Positions 43,519 to 53,250 of a stretch of DNA of 55,991 nt are shown piece after piece. The DNA lies in NCBI GenBank assembly GCA_035602295.1, contig DATNMN010000273.1, positions 1-55,991 of the forward strand. Reading direction: 5' to 3'. The notes below the pieces were generated by a model. That model did not search any database. It had not been told where the DNA came from and was given only the letters and a program-made list of their open reading frames with translations. Positions within the stretch are counted from its first letter, which is position 1. The number at the start of each line of letters is the position of its first letter. Both the position numbers and the translations under genes were made by a program. Source of the stretch: Candidatus Dormiibacterota bacterium. GTDB lineage: Bacteria; Chloroflexota; Dormibacteria; CF-121.

Positions 43519-43830
43519 ATGCTGAGCGACGCAATCGAGGAGATCCATCGGGAGTTCGAGGCGGCGGCCGACCGGCGAAACCAGGAGCTGAAGCGGCGCG
43601 CCGATGTCCGCCGCGCTGACGACTTTCTGCTCTCGGTCGAGGACATCATCGAGAATCGACGGGGTGCCGTCCCGGCACCGCTGATGGACGAGATCACGCA
43701 GTTCGTGCGCCCGCTAAACCGGAAGCTGCTGCGCGCCCTCAACCGCAACGTCACACGTGACCCGGTGCGGGTTCTGGACGTCCTTTTCGATGTCCAGCAA
43801 CTCCTCCTGCCCCGGCTAATGGTGGCGTAA
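43519..43830 (+). CDS. hypothetical helical protein
   Basis: 103-aa ORF with a GAAGGGAG RBS. TTGACA at 43425-43430 upstream. No recognisable motif. Confidence 0.45.
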   Translation: MLSDAIEEIHREFEAAADRRNQELKRRADVRRADDFLLSVEDIIENRRGAVPAPLMDEITQFVRPLNRKLLRALNRNVTRDPVRVLDVLFDVQQLLLPRLMVA

Positions 43831-43968
43831 TCTAGACGCGGGGGGGATCCAGCCGGCAAGAAAACCGTAAGGCACGGCGCTCAATAAGCCGGACAGCCGT
43901 TGCAGTTGAATGCGGCATGTGCCTGAAATAGCCTGTGCGGCCGGTCGGAGTACCCTGCTGAGGATCCC

Positions 43969-45564
43969 TTGATGCGTCAAACCATGGCCCGCGGTAGCGG
44001 GTTTGCCGCGGCGCTGCGTCGCCGCTGGTGGATTTTCCCCATCGTCCTGCTGCTGGTCGCCGCCGGGCTAGTGCTGCGCGCCCTCACCGCCCCCCTCGCG
44101 GTGAACGCCAGCGTCACCGATGGTGACCACGCCGTCGTCCGAAGCTCGGCCGTTGTCCTGGCGTTCAACCAGGACATGGATGTCGCCTCGGTCGAGAACG
44201 GCTTCCGCATCACGCCACTGTCCCCCTTCACCGTCGTGGTGAAGAATCCCCGGACCTTCGAGTTCCGTCCCTGGTTGCAGCCCGATACCAGCTACCGCGT
44301 CCGGGTTATCGGCGCCCGCAAGAGCATCGGGTTTGGCAGCCAGGACTACGCGGTCGCGTTCCATACCGAGCCCGCGCCCAAAGTCGCCGGCGCCACCTAC
44401 AACGACGCCGCGCTCGCCGACGGCCAGCAAGCCGTGCCGCTGCGGGGCAACGTCAAGCTCACCTTCTCGCAGCCGATGGACTCTCTGCGCACGCCCATCC
44501 TTCTCGATGGAACGGCGCTCGATGCCAAGGGCATCACCTGGGACAAGGCCGGGCAGAGCGCCACGCTCGCCGTGACGCTCACCCACAGCCGTACCCACAC
44601 GCTACTGGTTCCAATGACCGCGGAAAACCGCAAGCACGATCTCGCGATCGCTGACTGGAAGCTCAGCTTCATGACGATGGTGCAGGTACCGTCGGCCGGA
44701 TCGACCGCGCGGATCGGGACCTCGGGTGCCCCGATCATCATCCAGATCGAGAACAGCTCACAGCCGACCGTGCGGCCGCAGACCGGCATGCAGCAGGCCG
44801 ACATGATCTACGAATACATCAGCGAATTTGGGATCCCGCGATTGTCGGCCATCTACTGGCATCCACCGTCGAGTCTGCTCGGCCCGGTGCGAAGCTGCCG
44901 CCTGATTACCGTAGCGCTCGAGCAGATGTATCGCGGCATGATCTATTGCTCCGGAGCTAACGACTACGTCCTGGGCCAGGTGTGGAAGTGGCCGAACGTG
45001 GTCTACGACTACTACTACATGTACGACTTCATGTATCGCGCCTCGGATCGCTACGCGCCGCACAACGTGATCGCCCGCCCCGACAGGATCGCGGCCCATA
45101 CGGCCCAGGCGAACCTGCCGGCGCCCAATTATGACATCGCGCCGGCGCACCCGGACGTGCCGCTGCCGGGTGCCACGCCGGCGACCAGCGTCACGATCCC
45201 GCAGCACGGGGCCGTCTGGCGGTATGATGCCAACTCGCGTGAGTACCTCAAGTGGCAGGACGGCGCGCCGTTCACCAACGTCGGCACCGGCCAGGTCCAC
45301 GCCAAGAACCTGATCATCGAGCGCGTGACCTCGTATCTCGACAACAACCCCGCGAACACCGGGGTACATCACACCTACAACACCGAGTACTACGAGCTCG
45401 CCGGGGAAGGTTCGGCCGACATCTACTCCGACGGCGGGATGATCCATGCGACATGGAAACATCCCAATCGCGACTTACCCGTTGTCTACTACGATGCCAG
45501 CGGCAACCCGGTGGATTTGAATACCGGGCTGACCTGGGTTCACGTTATAGGGAGTGATCAATGA
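43969..45564 (+). CDS. DUF3048-domain protein (YerB-like) with N-terminal TM and Ig-like (SbsA-type) region
   Basis: IIQIENSSQPTVRPQTGMQQADMIYEYISEFGIPRLSAIYWH is the DUF3048 core. Confidence 0.75.
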   Translation: MMRQTMARGSGFAAALRRRWWIFPIVLLLVAAGLVLRALTAPLAVNASVTDGDHAVVRSSAVVLAFNQDMDVASVENGFRITPLSPFTVVVKNPRTFEFRPWLQPDTSYRVRVIGARKSIGFGSQDYAVAFHTEPAPKVAGATYNDAALADGQQAVPLRGNVKLTFSQPMDSLRTPILLDGTALDAKGITWDKAGQSATLAVTLTHSRTHTLLVPMTAENRKHDLAIADWKLSFMTMVQVPSAGSTARIGTSGAPIIIQIENSSQPTVRPQTGMQQADMIYEYISEFGIPRLSAIYWHPPSSLLGPVRSCRLITVALEQMYRGMIYCSGANDYVLGQVWKWPNVVYDYYYMYDFMYRASDRYAPHNVIARPDRIAAHTAQANLPAPNYDIAPAHPDVPLPGATPATSVTIPQHGAVWRYDANSREYLKWQDGAPFTNVGTGQVHAKNLIIERVTSYLDNNPANTGVHHTYNTEYYELAGEGSADIYSDGGMIHATWKHPNRDLPVVYYDASGNPVDLNTGLTWVHVIGSDQ

Positions 45565-47126
45565 CCTGGACACAAACACTTCGCGAACGCTGGTGGCTGG
45601 CCCCGGTCGCCATCCTCGTGGTGGCGGCTGCCATCGTGATTCGCATCATCACCACTCCGCTCGAGGTGAACGCCAACGTCAACGACGGTGACCAGGCGGT
45701 TCCTCGAACGGCTACCATCGACCTTCACTTCAACCAGGACATGAAGGCCGACTCCGTGCAGCACGCCTTCAGCCTCAGCCCTTCGGTGCTGGTCGCGTTC
45801 AAGGCCGTCAGCCCGAGGGAATTCCAGTTCCGGCCGCACATGGCGCCGAACACCGCCTATCACGTCAGCATCAAGGACGCGAAGAACACGTCCGGGCGTG
45901 GCGTCACCAGCGGTTTCAGCTTCAAAACCGAGCCCGCGCCGGTGATTGCGGCCGTCATGGTTGACAGCAAGGCGGTCGTCGACGGCCAGCAGGCGGTAAA
46001 GCCGACCGGCAACGTCAAGATCAATTTCTCCCAGGCGATGGACGGCGCCAAGACAGCGATCTCGTTGAACGGCAAGCCCTACGACCAGCCCATTACGTGG
46101 GCGAGCGACGGGAAGAGCGCCACCCTCGGCCTCAAGCTGGGCCACAGCCGACAGTACCAGTTGTCGATCCCGCAAACTGCGGTCAACCGCAAGCAGGACC
46201 CGCTGGCGGCCGACTGGAAGCTGACGTTCACCACCGTCATCGAGGTGCCGTCGCAGGGCGACCCCGGCCGGATCGGCTCGGGGGCCCCGACCATCATCCA
46301 GATCGAGAACAGCATCGATGCCCGTCCGCAGGCCGGGATGCAGCAGGCCGATATGGTCTACGAGTACATCAGTGAGGGGTCGATCCCACGACTCAGCGTC
46401 ATTTACTGGCATCCCCTTCCTGACCTCGTTGGGCCGGTCCGCAGCTGCCGGCTGATCACGATCCGCCTGGTGATCATGTTCAAGGGCATGATCTACTGTT
46501 CAGGCGCCAACGATTACATCCTTGGACTGACCTGGCAGCATCCGAACCTGGTCAACGACTACAGCCACGGTGCGGGCAACGTCTTCTACCGCGACAACAA
46601 CACCCGCTACGCGCCCCACAACGTAATGATGCATGGCAACAACGCCACGACCTTCACCGCGCAGCAGAACCTGCCCGCCCTGGTGTATGACATCGCTCCC
46701 AAGCATCCGGACGCGACCTTTACCGGTGATGCGGCACCCACGGTCAATGTGCCCGATCACGGGGCCGTCTGGCATTATGACGCGGCATCGAAGCAGTACT
46801 TCAAAACACAGGACGGCGCCGCGTTCAACAACGTCGGCACGGGCCGGGTGCATGCCAAGACCGTCATCGTGCAATACGTCAATTCGTACCTGGACACCAA
46901 CCCGGCGAACAGTTTCCACGGCTACTTCACCGAGGCCTACGAGCTCACCGGTGACGGAAAGGCGGACATCTTCGTCGACGGCGTCGTGGTCCACGCCACC
47001 TGGCATCACCCGGATCCAAATGTGCCCGCGGTCTACCTCGATGCCGCCGGCAACCCGATCGACCTGGACAACGGGTTGACCTGGGTCCACGTGATCGGCT
47101 CCGAAAAATGGCACATGATCGGCTAG
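45561..47126 (+). CDS. DUF3048-domain protein, tandem paralog
   Basis: IIQIENSIDARPQAGMQQADMVYEYISEGSIPRLSVIYWH. ATGA overlap with the preceding paralog. Collinear similarity along the whole length. Confidence 0.75.
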   Translation: MTWTQTLRERWWLAPVAILVVAAAIVIRIITTPLEVNANVNDGDQAVPRTATIDLHFNQDMKADSVQHAFSLSPSVLVAFKAVSPREFQFRPHMAPNTAYHVSIKDAKNTSGRGVTSGFSFKTEPAPVIAAVMVDSKAVVDGQQAVKPTGNVKINFSQAMDGAKTAISLNGKPYDQPITWASDGKSATLGLKLGHSRQYQLSIPQTAVNRKQDPLAADWKLTFTTVIEVPSQGDPGRIGSGAPTIIQIENSIDARPQAGMQQADMVYEYISEGSIPRLSVIYWHPLPDLVGPVRSCRLITIRLVIMFKGMIYCSGANDYILGLTWQHPNLVNDYSHGAGNVFYRDNNTRYAPHNVMMHGNNATTFTAQQNLPALVYDIAPKHPDATFTGDAAPTVNVPDHGAVWHYDAASKQYFKTQDGAAFNNVGTGRVHAKTVIVQYVNSYLDTNPANSFHGYFTEAYELTGDGKADIFVDGVVVHATWHHPDPNVPAVYLDAAGNPIDLDNGLTWVHVIGSEKWHMIG

Positions 47127-47156
47127 GCATTTAGGACCCGTCCGGCACAATTAGCT

Positions 47157-49535
47157 GTGCCTGAGCGCGCCCCGACGACCGTCTACATCGTTCCGCATAC
47201 TCACTGGGACCGGGAATGGTATGCGACCTTTGAGACGTTCCGAGCCCAGTTGGTCGAGCTCTGGGACCAACTGCTCGCGCTGACCGAGGAGGATCCCGAT
47301 TTCCGATTCTTGATGGACGGCCAGACGGTCGTCATCGACGATTACCTGGAGGTCCGTCCGCAGGCGAAAGAACGCCTCGAGGGAGCGATTCGTCGCGGCC
47401 AGATCCAGGTGGGGCCCTGGTACACGCTCCCTGATGAATTCCTTGTCAGCGGCGAGACGCTGCTCCGCGACCTGCAGCGCGGGATTGCAGCGGCTGAGGC
47501 GCACGGCGGCTCGATGCGGGTCGGGTATCTGCCCGACTCCTTTGGCCATGCGGCCCAAATGCCGCAGCTCTACCACCAGCTCGGCTTTCACTATGCCGCC
47601 GTCTGGCGCGGGGTCCCACTCGAGATCGATCGCGTCGCCTTCTCCTGGGAAGCGCCGGATGGCAGCCGCATTCTCACGGCGTACATGGGGAATTCGTACG
47701 CGCAGGGCGTCGATCTGCCCACCGACCCGGCCGCGCTGGCGACGCGGGTCGCGTCCGCGCTGGAGGCGATCGAGCCGTTTCGTCCGACCGCAAACGTGTT
47801 GCTGATGAACGGCAACGATCATGTCCTGCCGCAGGCGTCCCTGAGCGAGGCCATCCGGGGTGCCAGCGGCCGGCTCAACGGCACCATCATTCGGCTCGCG
47901 CGCCTCGATGACTACCTGGCAACGCTTCCCTCCGAGGGATGGCCGCAGTGGCAGGGAGAATTGCGATCCTCGGCGCGGGCGAACGTCCTGATGGGGACGC
48001 TCTCCGTGCGTATCCCGGACAAGCAGCGTCACTTCGCGGCCAGCCGGACGCTCGAACGGCTGGCTGAGCCGATCGCCGCCCTGACCGGGATCGAGGCAGA
48101 GGATGCGCTGCAGCAGGCCTGGACGCTGATGCTCCAAAACGCCGCCCACGACACCGCGTGTGGCTCAGGCATCGATGCCGTCGCCGAGGCCTCGCGACAG
48201 CGCAGCATCTCGGCGTTGCACATCGCGGCGGCCGTCGTCGAGCGCGGTCTGACCCGGCTCGCCGGCGCGGGCCAGGTCTGGAATCCCAGCCTCTTTCCCC
48301 GGCAAGGGCTGGTAGAAGTCGACGGATCGCTGGTTCTTACTCCCGAAATCGCAGGCGGTTCGGTCGGCAGCCTGATCCCCGCAAGTCCGCAGGTTGCGGT
48401 GACCGCCGATAGCCGGCGGCTGGAGAACGTGCGCCTCAGCTGCGAGCTTCTACCCGATGGAACGCTCACAATCCTGGACCGGCAAACCGGCGTGCGATAT
48501 CAGGGACTGCACCGACTCGTGGACGAGGGCGACGCCGGCGACGAGTACAACTTCTCTCCGCCGGCCCTGAACCCCCAGCCGCCCGATCCGGTCCGCAACT
48601 TCGGCAGTACCGTGGCCGAAACCGGTCCGCTGCGTGCCAGGCTGGAGGCGCGCTTCGACTTTGCGGTCTACGAAGGATTGGGTCCGGACCGAGCGGCGCG
48701 CAGCGATCGCGAAACCATACTGCCGATTCATCTCACCCTCTCACTCGAGGCCGATACAGCGCGCCTCGACGTCGAGATGGAAATCATCAACCGGACGCCG
48801 GACCATCGGCTTCGAGTCCACTTCCCGCTGCCGTTTCAAGTCAGCGAGTCCGCCGCTGACACCCCCTTTCACGTCACCCGGCGCCCTGTCATCGGCCCTC
48901 GACGGGATCCCGGCGCCGCGGAAATCGAGCTGCCTACGTACCCCATGTGGTCGTTCGTTGATGTCAGCGATGGACGAGCGGGACTCGCGTTGATCGCCGA
49001 CGGCTTGCACGAATACGAGGTGCTGCCTGGGAACCCGCAGGAGCTGGCGCTGACCCTGCTGCGCTCGGTCGGCTGGCTGTCGCGGGACGACTTGACCACC
49101 CGCACCGGACACGCGGGTCCCGAAATGGAGACGCCCGGCGCGCAGGTAATGGGCGGGCACCGGCTTCGCTACAGCCTGTATTTTCACGAGGGCGATTGGG
49201 AACGTGGGGCTGTCTGGCGGATGGCGGAGTCGACCCTCACGCCCCTGGTTCCCGGACGCGGTCCTACCGTCACCACCCCGGTTCCCCGCATCGAGCTGAG
49301 CCCGGATAGCATCCAGATGACCGCTTTGCTGCCCCGCCGGCAGGGGTACGACCTGCGACTCCTCAACGCCTCCGACGCCCCGCACGAGGCGACCATCGAG
49401 CTTCAACCACAACCAGCCGAGGCCTCGGCCGTCACGCTCGCCGGCGATCCGCTGGCGCCGCTGGCCGTCGGCGACGGAGCGGTTCGGCTCTCGTTACCGG
49501 CCTGGGGGATCGCGACGCTTCGGGTCCGGACCTAA
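47157..49535 (+). CDS. glycoside hydrolase family 38 (alpha-mannosidase / mannosylglycerate hydrolase-like)
   Basis: Contains VYIVPHTHWDREWY and GPWYTLPDEFLVSGE, typical of the GH38 N-terminal domain. Confidence 0.85.
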   Translation: MPERAPTTVYIVPHTHWDREWYATFETFRAQLVELWDQLLALTEEDPDFRFLMDGQTVVIDDYLEVRPQAKERLEGAIRRGQIQVGPWYTLPDEFLVSGETLLRDLQRGIAAAEAHGGSMRVGYLPDSFGHAAQMPQLYHQLGFHYAAVWRGVPLEIDRVAFSWEAPDGSRILTAYMGNSYAQGVDLPTDPAALATRVASALEAIEPFRPTANVLLMNGNDHVLPQASLSEAIRGASGRLNGTIIRLARLDDYLATLPSEGWPQWQGELRSSARANVLMGTLSVRIPDKQRHFAASRTLERLAEPIAALTGIEAEDALQQAWTLMLQNAAHDTACGSGIDAVAEASRQRSISALHIAAAVVERGLTRLAGAGQVWNPSLFPRQGLVEVDGSLVLTPEIAGGSVGSLIPASPQVAVTADSRRLENVRLSCELLPDGTLTILDRQTGVRYQGLHRLVDEGDAGDEYNFSPPALNPQPPDPVRNFGSTVAETGPLRARLEARFDFAVYEGLGPDRAARSDRETILPIHLTLSLEADTARLDVEMEIINRTPDHRLRVHFPLPFQVSESAADTPFHVTRRPVIGPRRDPGAAEIELPTYPMWSFVDVSDGRAGLALIADGLHEYEVLPGNPQELALTLLRSVGWLSRDDLTTRTGHAGPEMETPGAQVMGGHRLRYSLYFHEGDWERGAVWRMAESTLTPLVPGRGPTVTTPVPRIELSPDSIQMTALLPRRQGYDLRLLNASDAPHEATIELQPQPAEASAVTLAGDPLAPLAVGDGAVRLSLPAWGIATLRVRT

Positions 49536-51598
49536 GCGGCGGCGAAGGCCTTCTCGCGGTTCATCCAGCGCGGCATCGCGTTGAGTAGGGCGCCGCCTTC
49601 GACCTGCGTTTTGATGACGTACTCCAGGGCCCCAAGCTGGATCGCGCGCTTGATCAGCGTCGGCTCGCTGAAGTTCGACATCACGACGACCGGCGTGTTC
49701 TTCGTTTCGTCGGAGGCCCGCAGGGTCTGAAGCACCAGGATGCCGTTCTGGCGCGGCATCATGACGTCGAGCAGGATCACCTGCGGTTGGACGCGGGTGC
49801 ACAGATCGACGCCAGACACGCCATCGTTGGCCACCTCGACCCGGTAGCCGTTGCCCCTGAACAGCGTCGCGTAATAGCTGGCGGCAGTGTCATCGTCCTC
49901 GATGATGACGATCGTGCCGGCGCTCGGCCCGCTGCCGGTGTCCGACGTGGGGGTCTGGGGGTAGCTGACCGCGGGGGCCTGGTCCGCATCGGCGTTGGCC
50001 GACTCCGATTCAAAGACTGATGCGGAGGCAACCGAGGACTTCCAGGGCGCGAATGGCTCCGCCTCACTGGCTTCGGCGTCGGGCACGGCCGCTGGTGCAT
50101 CCTCGACGACCGGTTCGTCCTCCGCAACAGGCTCCTCGGCCGCCGGCACATTGGCCGCGATTTCCCTCGCGGGCGTCGACGCGCTGTCCTCGGCTGGCTC
50201 CCAGCGGGTAGGGCGCCAGCTCCAGTCGGCTGACGCCGGTTCGGGCTCGGATTGGGTTGGCGCGGCGGTCGGCTCCGCCTCGGCGGCAGCCGGAGCTTCT
50301 TCGCCAAAGAGCATCTCGCGCATCGACTTTCGCGGCGGCGCCGCCGGGGTGGTTGGCGGCGCTTCCGGCTCCACCTCAGGCTCGGCGCTCGGCGCCTCCG
50401 CCTCGATGGCGGGCGGCTCGTCCGCTTCGCTTACCGCCGTGGGCGCTTCCGCTTCGGCTTCCTCGGCAGTGGTCGTCTCCTCCGTTTCGGTCTCGGCGCT
50501 CTCCGGCTCCGTGGCATCGGGCGCCTCCTCGACGCTTGGACCGAATGGCAACGGCAGGGATGGTGCCTCGGCGGACGGCTCCTTGACAGGACTCACGGCC
50601 TCGACCGCCGGCGCCGGCGGCGGGACGACCTTCAATTCCGGAGTCGTCATGACCGGCGGGACGGTGGGGGCGGGCGCTGCCGGGATCGGGGGCGCAGCCG
50701 CGGGCGGCGTCCAGCCGGTCGGCGGCAGGGGCTCCGTCCTCGTCTGCACCATCTTCTCGAGGTTTTCGAGCACGTTGAAGTTGAAGCGTCGGCGCTTCGG
50801 TTTTCCGCGACGGCCAGCGTCCTCCGCGGCCGGAACAGGAGCTGGCGCAGCCGGTGGGCTGCCATACGGCGGCGCCATGGGCGGTCCAACCGGCGCGCTG
50901 GGTTGGGCGGTCGGTTGTGCCGGTGCGCTCGGACCGCTCGTCGTTGGAGCGAAGGCGGGGTGCGAAAACGTTGGCGCCTGCGGTGGACCGAAGAAGCCAG
51001 GCGGCGCGGGCGGCGCCGTCATCGGTGGCATCGCCGTTGGCTGCTGCGGTGGTATTGGCGGCTGCGGCTGGTAGAACGGTGCCTGACCTGGCGACTGCGG
51101 AGGCATTGGCCGGCCGGGGGCCGCCGGGAAGCCCCACGGCGATTGTTGCTGCGGTGGCGCACCCCATGGCGCGTTTGGCGGTGCGTACGGGGCGCCCTGT
51201 GTCGGCTGCCCTCCGCCCGCCTGGCCCGGGTTCGAGGGCGGGGTCCAGCCCTGGGGCGAGGGCGGTGAGTAAATCGGCTGCGTCGAGATCCCGGCTTTCG
51301 ACAACGCGGTGCCGAGATTGCGGGCGTACGAGCGTCCGCCCTTTACCGGCGGCAGCCCCCCGCTTTCAACGGGAGCCTCTTCTACCTGCGCGGTCGGGGC
51401 ATAACGCCGGGGGCTCGAGCTGGACGGAGCCGACTTGGCCGCCGCCAGGTCGCGTTGGAGGCGCTCGTTGCGCCAGCGGGCGACCAGGAGCTGGATCGTG
51501 AACCAGCCCAGCAAGATCCCCAGCAAGACGATCGCTTTGTCCCGGTTGGCGAAGAGGAGATGGCTGAATGGGGCGAAGAAGTCCTGAAGGCCGCTCAT
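49532..51598 (-). CDS. membrane-anchored protein: N-terminal TM, roughly 530-aa Pro/Ala/Glu-rich low-complexity region, C-terminal receiver (REC) domain
   Basis: TM segment AIVLLGILLGWFTIQLLVA followed by RWRNERLQR. The C-terminal REC carries IVIIEDDD, ILLDVMMPRQNG, VVVMSN and EYVIKT. Confidence 0.75.
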   Translation of the reverse strand: MSGLQDFFAPFSHLLFANRDKAIVLLGILLGWFTIQLLVARWRNERLQRDLAAAKSAPSSSSPRRYAPTAQVEEAPVESGGLPPVKGGRSYARNLGTALSKAGISTQPIYSPPSPQGWTPPSNPGQAGGGQPTQGAPYAPPNAPWGAPPQQQSPWGFPAAPGRPMPPQSPGQAPFYQPQPPIPPQQPTAMPPMTAPPAPPGFFGPPQAPTFSHPAFAPTTSGPSAPAQPTAQPSAPVGPPMAPPYGSPPAAPAPVPAAEDAGRRGKPKRRRFNFNVLENLEKMVQTRTEPLPPTGWTPPAAAPPIPAAPAPTVPPVMTTPELKVVPPPAPAVEAVSPVKEPSAEAPSLPLPFGPSVEEAPDATEPESAETETEETTTAEEAEAEAPTAVSEADEPPAIEAEAPSAEPEVEPEAPPTTPAAPPRKSMREMLFGEEAPAAAEAEPTAAPTQSEPEPASADWSWRPTRWEPAEDSASTPAREIAANVPAAEEPVAEDEPVVEDAPAAVPDAEASEAEPFAPWKSSVASASVFESESANADADQAPAVSYPQTPTSDTGSGPSAGTIVIIEDDDTAASYYATLFRGNGYRVEVANDGVSGVDLCTRVQPQVILLDVMMPRQNGILVLQTLRASDETKNTPVVVMSNFSEPTLIKRAIQLGALEYVIKTQVEGGALLNAMPRWMNREKAFAAA

Positions 51599-51740
51599 AC
51601 CGGGTTCGTGACTCCATCGAGGCGGCCACGCATGGCACGGCAGGGGCGCTGGCTGGGCGCGGGCACGCTAGTAGAACGGAGAGTGGCAGAAAGGCTGTCA
51701 CTCGCCGGAAGCGGAAGTTACCGGACCGTCACGCGGACGG

Positions 51741-52028
51741 TCAGGCTCGCTCGGCGAGGCGGCGGTACCCGTCTCGCAGCCGCGGGATCAGGCGGCCGAA
51801 GTTCACCGCCCAGCCGATGCCAACGACCCGGTCGGTGAAGATGCGGGGATCGTCGGGATTCCAGTAGGCGTCGCGGAAGCGCTTGAACGTGGGAAAGCGA
51901 AAGTCATAGGGAACCCCCGCCACCCGTCCGTGCCAGGTCCGCTGGCCCTCCGGCTTGCTCAGCTCCTGCGCGACTGCGGCCAGCGTGAGGAAGAAGACAG
52001 CAGCGCGCAGTAGACGATTGAGCCGCAC
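51741..52028 (-). CDS. small membrane protein, DUF5808-like
   Basis: An N-terminal hydrophobic helix, then GVPYDFRFPTFKRFRDAYWNPDDPRIF..VGIGWAVNFG. The family assignment is from memory. Confidence 0.5.
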   Translation of the reverse strand: MRLNRLLRAAVFFLTLAAVAQELSKPEGQRTWHGRVAGVPYDFRFPTFKRFRDAYWNPDDPRIFTDRVVGIGWAVNFGRLIPRLRDGYRRLAERA

Positions 52029-52031
52029 CGG

Positions 52032-52274
52032 TCAGCCCGCCTTTCGACCCTGGAAGCCCAGGCTGGGCAGGTCCTCGCGGAGGCTTTCCATCGACTTCGC
52101 ACAGATCCAGTGGTCGAGCGCGGCCTTGGAGAAGACAGTGCGTTCACCAACCTTCGTGAACGGAATGGTGCCCTTTTCGACCATCGTCTCGATCAAATCC
52201 GTGGGCATGCCGAGATAACTCGCGGCCTGGAGTGTATTCATCACATAGTTGACGCCGGTTGGATCGAAGATCAC
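52032..52274 (-). CDS. excisionase-family (HTH_17-like) DNA-binding protein
   Basis: Contains MNTLQAASYLGMPTDLIETMVEKGTIPFTKVGERTVFSKAALDHWI. The likely start is ATG 52241. Confidence 0.6.
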   Translation of the reverse strand: MIFDPTGVNYVMNTLQAASYLGMPTDLIETMVEKGTIPFTKVGERTVFSKAALDHWICAKSMESLREDLPSLGFQGRKAG

Positions 52275-52285
52275 GTCAAATCCTC

Positions 52286-52313
52286 TTGGTGATCGAGTTT
52301 CGCTACCTATAAT
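52286..52313 (+). promoter_or_regulatory. candidate sigma-70-type promoter for tRNA-Glu
   Basis: TTGGTG (52286-52291), a 16-nt spacer, then TATAAT (52308-52313). The tRNA 5' end is 17 nt downstream. Confidence 0.5.
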
Positions 52314-52329
52314 AAGTGCCGCGCCGCAC

Positions 52330-52403
52330 GGCCCGTTCGTCTAGAGGCCTAGGACGCCGCCCTCTCAAGGCGGAGATCAGCGGTTCGAATCCGCTACGGG
52401 CTA
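52330..52403 (+). tRNA. tRNA-Glu (anticodon CUC), CCA not encoded
   Basis: GGCCCGTTCGTCTAGAGGCCTAGGACGCCGCCCTCTCAAGGCGGAGATCAGCGGTTCGAATCCGCTACGGGCTA. Collinear with E. coli tRNA-Glu. Anticodon loop CTCTCAA. 1:72 is a G-U pair. Confidence 0.85.
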
Positions 52404-52458
52404 CTCCCTCGAATCGATCCTCACCCGCTCAAACGGATAGACGACTTAACCTGCTTCT

Positions 52459-53250
52459 ATGGCCGACCGCCGGGTGGGCGACCTCCTGACCGCACCGAAG
52501 GGATTGCAGCTGCTCGACCTCATCTCGCAACATCAAGCCGCCGACCTGACCGACAACGACTTGAGCGGCCTGCTGCCCCAACTCGACTTCCACGTGACAC
52601 GTTATCGAGGCGACTACGAGGCAACCGTCGAAGCGCTGAAATCCAGAGCGCCGCAGCTCCGCCGTCTGGCGGAGTGGCTGCCGGGGCGGATGGCTCACTG
52701 GTGGGATAACCTCGATCGCAAGAAGCAGATCTGGGTTGGGCGCTCACCCGACCCTCCAGTCGAGGATCAGCTGATCGTTGACCTGACTCCATTCGGCTCT
52801 GAGACACCCAAACCGAAACGGGCCTTCTGGACGAGCACCTTTGTACCGGTTTTGGTCTCACCCTGGCTGCACACTCCCGAGGATCAGTTTTCTGGACCGT
52901 ATTACAAGTGGGAGATCACAGCGACCGATTCCGCACGCGTGCTCGAAATCCATTCACGCGATACGTGGTGGGCCCTTGCGCGGTTCTATCCAAGGGCGGA
53001 GCCCGGGTTCATCTTTACCGCCACACCTCATCGACCCCAAAACGCGGCCCGCCTAGATCCAGACTGGTCCGAGCTGTCGCGCGACTGGGACGGAGTCCAC
53101 CTTTCCGTCGGTGGATGGCTGACCGCCGAAGACGTACCACATGAATCAGATGGCGTGAAGACCGAACTCCGCGGCTGGGACATGGAGTCGACCGTGTGGT
53201 TCCGCTGGTCGTTTACCTCCGTCAACCGCGTTGAAACACTGGAACGCTAA
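52459..53250 (+). CDS. hypothetical protein (unit 1 after tRNA-Glu)
   Basis: 263-aa ORF, Trp-rich, no motif recognised. Lower GC than the upstream region. Confidence 0.5.
   Translation: MADRRVGDLLTAPKGLQLLDLISQHQAADLTDNDLSGLLPQLDFHVTRYRGDYEATVEALKSRAPQLRRLAEWLPGRMAHWWDNLDRKKQIWVGRSPDPPVEDQLIVDLTPFGSETPKPKRAFWTSTFVPVLVSPWLHTPEDQFSGPYYKWEITATDSARVLEIHSRDTWWALARFYPRAEPGFIFTATPHRPQNAARLDPDWSELSRDWDGVHLSVGGWLTAEDVPHESDGVKTELRGWDMESTVWFRWSFTSVNRVETLER

Noticed and set aside
49995-51268. Long plus-strand ORFs (359 aa and 338 aa) and other frames across the Pro-rich gene.
   Set aside because: These are low-complexity mirror frames of the 688-aa minus-strand gene. Only the minus frame ends in an intact receiver domain and starts with a TM helix.
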